Assembly (NCBI GenBank): GCA_951406725.2
Contig: OX597817.1
Span: 19,034,001-19,098,000, forward strand
Source of the DNA: Octopus vulgaris
Taxonomy: Eukaryota
Length of the DNA stretch: 64,000 nt
Reading direction: 5' to 3'
Shown here in pieces: positions 55,201-64,000 of this stretch. The stretch's first letter is position 1. Each line of letters opens with the position of its first letter. The translations under genes were made by a program, and so were the position numbers. The notes under the pieces were generated by a model. The model did no database searches and was not told where the DNA came from. It saw nothing but the letters and a program-made list of their open reading frames with translations.

Positions 55201-55740
55201 TAGCAGTTTTTCGATATTCACACTTGTCTTGTAGTATGTTGTGTATGCGGTGTATATGTTTTTACGTGGGGACCTGGGTGGTTTGGCTGTGGGTATGTTT
55301 TTTCTGCTTATGTATGCCTGCGCGTGTATCTGTTTTTGTATACCTATCCGGTGAAGCCGAAATGTCTACGATGTTTTTTTTCAGTGTACTTCCAGGGTGT
55401 TGGCATTTATACCTTAGGTTGTTGCCGCTGCGTAACTTTGTCCGTTCTCCATCCCTCTTCCTTTCTCAACTTCTCCCATAGATGGGGGATAAACACATTC
55501 AAATAACATACAAGCAAAACAGTGACGAAAATTCCAACTTAAACAATTTAACAAATCGTGGTACACCCACACGGGGCACTTCTTGAGAAAGGGGCTCAAT
55601 GCATCCATTTCATCATCATCGATTTCATTATACATTTTTTATTTTCATTCGTCTTATGTTTTTTTTTGTCCCCACTGTAGTGTTCTGTCTGTCCTTGTGT
55701 TGTCCCTCTATGTTAAGGCTTTGGTGCCAAATAAAGAAAA

Positions 55741-56970
55741 CGAGAGTCGCCTCCCCATTTGTAATTTTGCTTGAGGTTTGTCTCTTGTTGAGTGTTTTCC
55801 CCTGCGAGACGACCCATTGTTGAAGTTTCTGTTGAAATAGCTGTGCATACCCTGTTTGGCAGTTTTGACTTGTTGTTCATTTACTCCATTTTTTTGGAGA
55901 AAATTAATTTTCATCATAATAAACAAGGAGATGCTGAATGCATGTCAACAGTGCTTTCAAAAGAAAGAGACGACTATAAAAGTGGTTCCACCTGAAGAAA
56001 GTGTTAAAGAGAATAAAAGAAGAACGGTAGCCTATCGAACATAATTAACCACATCACGGAAAATCGAACTTGCGACGGAGAGCGATTTAGAGAGTTGCTT
56101 GTTACCAGTAATGGAGGAAGCAGAATTCATTAATAGAGGGAGGAAGTTTGGTACGGCAGGGTTACGTTTTGCCACCGACGAGGAAGCAGTGAGGCACTCG
56201 ACCACAACGCTAAGGTCGGCAGACTTGATACTTCTGCCGGCCTACGTGGGAAGAAATGTAAGAGTGTGGATCGGAATGATTCCACCGGAAATATAAGAAG
56301 TGTGACTGGTGGAAACCATAATGGCTGCCACCCAGAAGGAGGTCAGATTACTGCACATCGATAGAACGCAGGGGGTGAATTGATGGGCATATGATCTGGA
56401 AATCTTGCTTCAAGCTACCTACCATGACATCGAGGAGTTGCCATTTGAAATTATATTACCGGAGGAAAATACGTTGAAGTTAGTAGTTAAGGGGAGGAGA
56501 CCAAACTGCTATCCATGTGGAAGTAGAGGACACATAAAGTCCATTGCCCGAGTACAAGCCACCCCAGACCGAGAAGATTACGGCCGAGCCCTAGTTGTAG
56601 AAGTAACGGAGAAAACGCAGGAACCAGAAGATGTAGGTAGCGACTAGTGTGACTACAATGTGAAGCCCAAAAGTAGGAGGAGGTATGCGAAAAGTGCCCC
56701 AGCAAAAGATACCAATAAAAAGTACAAAAGGATACAAAACCCATTTCTGAACATCTCACCCCCGTCTGTCAATTGTTCTCGATTACCTAATAAGGGTAAA
56801 ACAAATGTATTAAATCTAACTACTCGAGTACGGGGCTCGTGTAGCCATTGCATCTCCACATTCATATATGATATTTTCATTAATTCATTCGTTTTCCCTC
56901 CCACTGCCTGCTTTTTCTATCCTTGTATTGTTCCTTCTGTGTTGGGCCCTGAGTGGCCGAATAAAGAAAT
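55741..56970 (+). mobile_element. ORF1-only L1/Tx1-like non-autonomous element (HAL1-like)
   Basis: 5' UTR, then a decayed ORF1 (RGRKFGTAGLRF..LLPAYVGRNVRVWIGMIPPE; Zn knuckle GRRPNCYPCGSRGHIKS). The 3' UTR ends AATAAAGAAAT and no EN/RT is present. Confidence 0.7.
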
Positions 56971-57114
56971 GAGAGTGTCGTATGCGCAGCCTTATATTAT
57001 ACAGAGTCGCAGACGCTATGAAGAAGAGATTATCGTTGGATTACGTGTTGGTGATTTGAACAGTTGGTAAATGAATACACAATAAGTCCGCAACTACACT
57101 AAAATATCATAACA
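56971..57114 (+). mobile_element. 3' portion of a second (3') Gypsy LTR
   Basis: TCGTATGCGCAGCC..AAGAAGAGAT..GTTGGATTACGTGTTGGTGA..AACTACACTAAAATATCATAACA, homologous to 53305-53407. Confidence 0.75.
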
Positions 57115-58239
57115 ATAAGAGATAAAATATAAAAGATAAAATCTTATATTGACAATAGTGTAATGTGTGTAGAGGTAATTACGATGTTTGACTAAACCAA
57201 ATAATAGTTGTGTAAGTTAGTGACATAACACTTTTTAACATAAGTTTGTAGAATTTAGCATAACATTCGCTATGTGCCACTAAATATTTCCTCGAAGTCC
57301 CTGAATGTCATAGAGCTATCATCATACTCTAGTTTGTTCTATTCTTTTTAATGTTGTTTCCAATCATGACATACCTTCAACGTATAGGTTTTTTTAGGAG
57401 ATCAAGCATCGACAATAAATACAAATTGTCATAAAATAGCCATACTTGAATTTATAGTATGCAATCACTCCCCGCCTGCTAACCAACAAATATTTATTCA
57501 ATGAAATAAAGCTGAACCACAAAAAGGGGTTAATAATACAAGAAGTATTCAAGAATATGTGGACAGCGTAGAAGACTGCGTAGAAGAGTATGCTGTGAAA
57601 AATAAAGCAACCGCAGATGAAACCAGCCCGAAAACGATGTACGATGTGCTTCCATCCACGATCAATATTAGAAATACGCAGGGAAATGACAGTCCTAATT
57701 GCTATGGATTCTGAATGGATTGCATCATTGACGCATGTTGGGGGTGTATGCAAAAAATCACTACTTCCATATCATGTCTGGCGACATGACAAGTGGTGGA
57801 TATCTATGCATATGTATTAATACTGTATTCAAGAAGCGGCAATGGTATGAGAATGGAACAAGTAAAATATTGCGTACACACACATACACACACGCGCGTG
57901 TGTATACATACATGTATATTATATATATACAAACACAGACGGAGAGACATACACATGTACAGGGGGTGCAAAAGTAGATATGCAATAAGTATCATATTAA
58001 TGTTATAATACTAAATTCATTAAAATTATTAGCACATTAAATTAACATCAGTTTTGATATTTTCAGTGTCATTAAAGTATAATAACACTTTTATCGTAGG
58101 TTTCACTCTTTTGATAAAAATAGATGAATAAAGTACGTTTTGCCATTTCAGCGGTAGCCTAGAAATGGATTTATAATTTTTTTACCTCCTTGAAATAGAT
58201 CATTGAAATTGCACATAGAAATCTTTCTCAGTGCAAACA

Positions 58240-58445
58240 TATTCAACATAGTCTCCACAACAAGCAATATATTTGTGCCATCGTATAAAGCAGCTCTATC
58301 ATTCACTTTGAAAAAATACGGGTGTGCGCCATTATACCTTTTTCATCAGAACTACTTTCGCCTAATGATTGTCATGAAATAAGTTTCCCTGCAAACTATC
58401 TTTCATTTGATGGGACAGGAGTAAGTCGAAGAATAAAAGGACTAG
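58240..58445 (-). pseudogene. Mariner transposase C-terminal remnant
   Basis: QMKDSLQGNLF..PVFFQSE..FIRWHKYIACCGDYVE matches LKxxLxGxxF..FY..RWxKCI..GDYVE. No matching TIR pair was found. Confidence 0.55.
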
Positions 58446-58661
58446 GATTTACGTTAGGTGACTGAACACAGACCAGTTTAATCTCCAAAGCACCTTTCGT
58501 TAAAGATGTATTAGACTTGCATTGATATAGGAGGTAAAGACGGAAGTTTGAGATGGAGAATGTGGATTTTGAGGCAAGGCGAGAGCGAAAATGCCCATCG
58601 TCTGTGAAATACTTGTGTGTGTTTGGAGTGTATGTGCTGCGAGTAACCTGTTTGTATATTA

Positions 58662-58790
58662 TTGCCTTTCATCCTTTCGGGGTCGATAAATAAAGTACCA
58701 GTTTCGCACTGGAGTCGCTGTAATCGACTTAATCCCTTTGTCTGTCCTTGTTTGTCCCCTCTTTGTTTAGCCCCTTGTGGGCAGTAAAAA
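58662..58790 (+). mobile_element. 5'-truncated SINE family A
   Basis: Core from TTGCCTTTCATCC through the tail. Confidence 0.85.
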
Positions 58791-59361
58791 TATATATATT
58801 AGACAGTACTGCGTAGGATGCTAGTATATGTTGGCGTGTATATTTGTGCGTGAGTCAGTGGTTAATGTGAGAGGGTCAATCTAACAAGTTAGTAGCAGAA
58901 TGGTATAGCAATTGAAGAATTTAAAGGGGAACGTCGAGTTAAGAGGCTAGGTGATGTGTGTATGAGTACCTGAATGTTTCTGTGAGTATACGTGTGTGTT
59001 TGCCTCGGTGCTTATGAGTGTATGCGAGTCCGTCTGTTCGCGTTGTGTGTACATGTATAAAATATATAATCCATAACTGTTCGTAATTATGGTTAAAATA
59101 TTTTATTCACTCTCAGACATATGTTTGAGTTCTTTAATCTATGGCGCCGGACAAACCTTCTTTTGAACTTGTCATCCCCTGGAATACTTATATATGTACG
59201 AGTGTATTTATATAATTACTTTGCTACATTAATATGTCAGGAAATTTTTAGAGGAACAAAAGAAATTTTACTGATGGAGTGATACAACACTAAACGTAGA
59301 AGCGCTTTAAAATAAACAATATACATACACTCATATAAATATACTCTTACTCTCTCTCTCT

Positions 59362-59579
59362 CTCTCTTTTACTCTTTTACTTGTTTCAGTCATTTGACTG
59401 CGGCCATGCTAGAGCACCGCCTTTAATCAAGCAACTCGACCCCGGGACTTATTCTTTTGTAAGCCCAGTACTTATTCTATCGGTATCTTTTCCGGAACCG
59501 CTAAGTAACGGGGATATAAACACACCAGCAGCGGTTGTCAAGCAATGCTAGGGGGAAAAACACAGACACACAAACACAC

Positions 59580-59634
<55 letters not shown>

Positions 59635-59799
59635 TACGACGGGCTTCTTTTCAGTTTCCGTCAACCAAATCCACTCACAAGGCTTTGGTCGGCCAGAGGC
59701 TATAGTAGAAGACACTTGCCCAAGGTGCCACGCTGTGTGACTGAACCCGGAACCATGTGGTTGGTAAACATGCTACTTACCACACAGCCACTCCTGCGC
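59362..59799 (-). mobile_element. tRNA-derived CORE-type SINE family D (octopus OR-like) with internal CA/TA microsatellite
   Basis: Minus-strand head GCGCAGGAGTGGCTGTGTGGTAAG..GGTTCAG, CORE-like ACCTTGGGCAAGT, and tail GGCGGTGCTCTAGCATGGCCGCAGTC..GAAACAAGTAAAAGAGTAAAAAGAG. Confidence 0.85.
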
Positions 59800-60861
59800 A
59801 TATATATGTATTATACATATGTATTCATGCATACATGTATGTATAACTATATGTGCACACACACATATGTATAATCTTAATTGCATATATGTTCATACAT
59901 GCACACACATTGATAATTATAGTGATACAATTGTACACACATACATAAACATATATGTATATAACATGTCTGACAGTGGCATGTTTAAGAAATGGAAGCT
60001 TTCAAAACTTGTGTAGGTTAATTCACTAATAGAGTCGAGTCTTGAAATATAATTGCAATTGGTGACAGAGTTTTTCGTGTGACATTGTAATAATTACTTA
60101 AGACACTCATTGTGCCATTCTGGAAAGAAACAATGCGTCTTTATGGAATAAATAAAATAAAAACTATTTCTTTATTAGTTGCAAAATCACCAAATGAATA
60201 TATATTGTAATTATTGCATAGTCGCACGAAACAATATGTCGCCAATAACAATAGCATTCTAACAGTTGAGCATAATACGCACACGAACAGACATACACTT
60301 CCCAAAAATACGCACATCTAGGCATGTACCTACCTATATAGATACATACGTGCATACATACACATGCACACACGCACACATACACGCGCGCACACTCAGA
60401 TATAAAATATGTGGAAGAGAAGGTTATTAAAAGAAAAAATAAATTTGTTCCTTTATTCTCTCTTCGCTTTTTCTCATCATCTTTAATCAGAAATACTATG
60501 TAGTCTTAGTGGAAACAAATTATTTTGGTCTATCCTCTCCAAATGCATTCAAAACTTATTTTATAATTGATAATTTTATTTAGACGTTTTATCAATGAAC
60601 GTTTTGATATTCATTAATCGCATGGACATAATTAAATGTCATTTACTTATAAAAATTCTTGTACATATTTGTTATAATATATTCGTTGCAAATTTTGGCC
60701 CAAGGTCAGACATTTCGAAGAAGGAGATAAGTTGATTAGATCAAATTCAGTATTCAACAGGTACTTATTTGCTGCGAAACATTTTTTCCAACGCAGTAAA
60801 GATTTTACCTTGAATTTGTTATTTATTAAATTTATAAAGAGACAATATACGTTATATAGAC

Positions 60862-61381
60862 AGCGGTGAGCTGGCAGAAAAGTTAGCACGCCGGGCGAAA
60901 TGCTTAGCAGTATTTCGTCTGCCGCTACGTTCTCAGTTCAAATTCCGCCAATGTCAACTTTGCCTTTCATTCTTTCGGGGTCGATAAATTAAGTACCAGT
61001 TACGTACTGGGGTCGATATAGTCGACTTAATCCTTTTGTCTGTCCTTGTTTGTCCTCTCTGTGTTTAACCCCTTGTGGGTAGTAAATAAATAGATATTTC
61101 GTCTGCCGTTACTTTGTGAGTTCAAATTCCGCCGAAGTTGACTTTGCCTTTCATCCTTTCGGGGTCGATTAGATAAGTACCAGATACGCACTGGGGTCGA
61201 TATAATCGACTTAATCCGTTTGTCTGTCCTTGTTTGTCTCTTCTGTGTTTAGCCCCTTGTGGGTAGTAAAGAAATAGGTATTTCGTCCGAAGGTTCTGAG
61301 TTCAAATTCCGCCGAGGCCGACTTTGCCTTTCATCCTTTCGGGGTCGATTAAATAAGCACCAATTTCGTACTGGGCTCGAT
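60862..61381 (+). mobile_element. SINE family A multimer (one head, three core units)
   Basis: Junctions at about 61093 and 61277 (period 184 bp). Confidence 0.9.
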
Positions 61382-64000
61382 GGCTGAATATTAGGTGAAA
61401 ATCTCAGCACTTTAGTTAATATTACTGTTTCGTTTTGTGTTTTCTATCTAATTTAAATTACACTACATAATAAACATGTAGCGAATTGGAGTGATTGGTT
61501 GAAATTGCAGAAATTGAAGAAATTAAAGACCAAATACCTTAGAAACTATAGAATTTTCTCAATAAAGCCAAGAGAAAAAGATGTTTTATAAACACATTCT
61601 ACCAGTATACGAAGTTTAAAAGTGTTTAGTTACGTGGAAATTATTTTTAAAAACTGCCGTTCAAACCGAAAAGATCCTGAGATGTAACTAAAGAGAATCA
61701 TGGTGAAGTAGTTTCATCGTGTAATAAGGAAGCATTAAAAATGTAAATAAAGACACTTACGTCGTTTTCAAAAAAATGCAGACCCTGTCAACCAACCGAA
61801 AATACCTAAATTTTAGCCATCAATTATAGTTGACACTATTTATGCAGAGTTGCTGCTAAACCATCTATACCCTTTTAATTTTCTTTCGAGCAATTTCATA
61901 GTTAAACACAAAATCAAATCCGATTTGACGTAAAAATATAATCAATTTGCCAGTTATAAATATTTGCAATGTCCGACAATAAAGAAATATTTTTAAAAAT
62001 TTTAGTTAGATTTCTGTGTAGTAAATGGAAGAAAATGAAATCGTTTCTGTTGACTATTTTGTCCAGTTATTAAATTCGACTCCGATACTGCAAACATAAT
62101 CTCCAATTAAAATGCACTTTAATATAGTTCAATACCAACAGATTACTAAAAGAAAAAATACAGAGAGCAAACAAACCAGCAATTGTAAGCAGACATCAAA
62201 TGAGAGCTTTGGGATTGGCACCGTTGCGAGGTTTAATTTGTTAAAAATACAGGTCTTTCTAATGGGTTTGCATTTGCTTAACTATCCATCAAATCCCTTT
62301 CGCTCTTTGGCAAACGTTTAATATGTTGAATTTTATTTTTTGTCAGTAAACGACGTAATAATTTAAGAGACCAATCAAACACTTTACATTTTAAATCGGA
62401 AAAATATTTCAAAATAATGACAATATTATTAATAAAAGGAACCTAATATGGTAACTTGTGAAACAAACGTTTACAAAACGCATTAGCTATTTTGCCATGC
62501 GTACATACATTATCGCACACTTAGACACACGTATCAATATGTCATGAATACACTATCATACCTCGACATATGGAAATATTTAAATAATAATTACTTGTAT
62601 GTATTTGTGCGTGTGTATGTGTGTGAATGTGTGTGTGTGCACGCGTATATACATATATGTACAAATAATTATATATAATCATTTTAAAAAGTACGTATAT
62701 ATGTATATTTCTATGTGTGTATCAATCTTTTAAGCTAGGCACACACGTAGACTTATAAATATGCCGGTATATTTACAATAATCGCGTTGATTGTAGATAT
62801 TGAATTTTTTAATGTAAATATTTGAGATATTTGAACCGTAAATTTTTGGTTTTGAACAATACTGAAAATTTGTATGTCAACAAAATTTATCGACTCTAGT
62901 CCCAGAAGTTCTTTTGTCCACTCTCCAGAGATCCAAGTGATTCTGAGAATCTTAAAATCAAACATAGATACGTGTTAACAAATACTGCAAATATTGGAAT
63001 AGAACTCTTGGTAATTTCTGATTAATAGGAACCCTTATATTAGACTTTATAACATATGGAGGCGATATCATAAGGTTACAAAGAAGTAAGTCGATTAAAA
63101 GCTAACATCCTGTCTCATAGTTACCCTAACCTGCTTGGAGCAGTTAAGAAAATTAGGTAGAATTGACATTCCGAGTTAAAATTCAACACAAGAACCATTT
63201 TCCTTTCATTTTTTCTTTATCTCCGACTTATGGAATAAATGGCGATCACGTATTATACCACTCAAACAATATTGCCTTGTCTACATAATTTTGACCTTAT
63301 GCCTGCATTAGAAATCGTTTATACAATTAGTATGATTATTTCGATTGGTTACGAATAAGACCGAACCAGATCCAAACGAAAATAATATTAATAATAATGA
63401 TAATCTTATTACTTTATGATTGAACTAGAAGAAAAGTAGATCTTCCTAAACGACACATCAATTCAAACAACAACAAGGTTTTTGTCCGAATATAAAAATC
63501 TTGAAATAGAGAAAGCCAGACAAGGAAGTCTGGAAATAAGCCATCTCCATAACAGTATGTGCATTGAGGATTAAACAATAAACACAAATACACAGTAAAA
63601 CTACATTTACTTGATGCAAATGCAGTGTGCAATGCATGGCTATTGATTTATAAACATTTGCACAAGGATATATCTATATAAGGGGAGGGTATATATGTTG
63701 ACCCATGGAGAATTTGAACTCAGAACATAAAAAAAAAACTATTACTAAATATCACGAGTCATTCTATCCGATGCTTTTTTATTATTCAACCAAAAATGAG
63801 TTGTACACACAAATTACGTAGAATACTTTTGATACAAATGAAACACAGAACAAATAAAAATATAAAAACAAAACTGCATATGCCCTAGATACCCAGACCG
63901 CGCTCAAATATGAAGTGAAATCACGCACTACTCTAAAGACTACTGAAATAATATTTTTCATAACAAAAATGACAATAGTGTACTAATTTTTCCATGACAA

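Noticed and set aside
57958-57990. Tc1-like TIR TACAGGGGGTGCAAAAGT
   Set aside because: No inverted partner was found, and it cannot be tied to the mariner fragment at 58240.
61490-61680. Possible DNA-transposon/MITE end (..CCGTTCAAACCGAAAAGATCCTG)
   Set aside because: No partner terminal repeat or TSD is visible in the window.

Overview
AT-rich, microsatellite-dense eukaryotic non-coding DNA with no convincing host protein-coding exon. The tRNA-derived SINE families look like those of octopod cephalopods (Octopus); this is inference from memory, not a database search. Most of the ORF track is microsatellite translation (TA, TACA, AAT, CA). The real coding remnants are all decayed mobile elements: several R4/Dong-like RLE LINEs, a CR1-like LINE, RTE LINEs, L1/Tx1-like elements including an ORF1-only form, a Mag-type Gypsy LTR element, a Penelope-like GIY-YIG domain and a mariner fragment. 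There are also two non-autonomous Helitrons. The most interesting signal is a set of three unrelated short repeat families, each carrying a minimal type-I hammerhead ribozyme motif and each found as an outward-reading inverted pair, the geometry of Penelope pseudo-LTRs. One family has a tRNA/Pol III head, so it is a candidate ribozyme-bearing, Penelope-mobilised SINE. A decayed Penelope-like endonuclease lies nearby. A second signal is that the dominant SINE shares its 3' tail with Tx1-like LINEs, whose 3' ends repeatedly abut a GAGAG-like motif. Boundaries were read by eye and may be off by a few bases.
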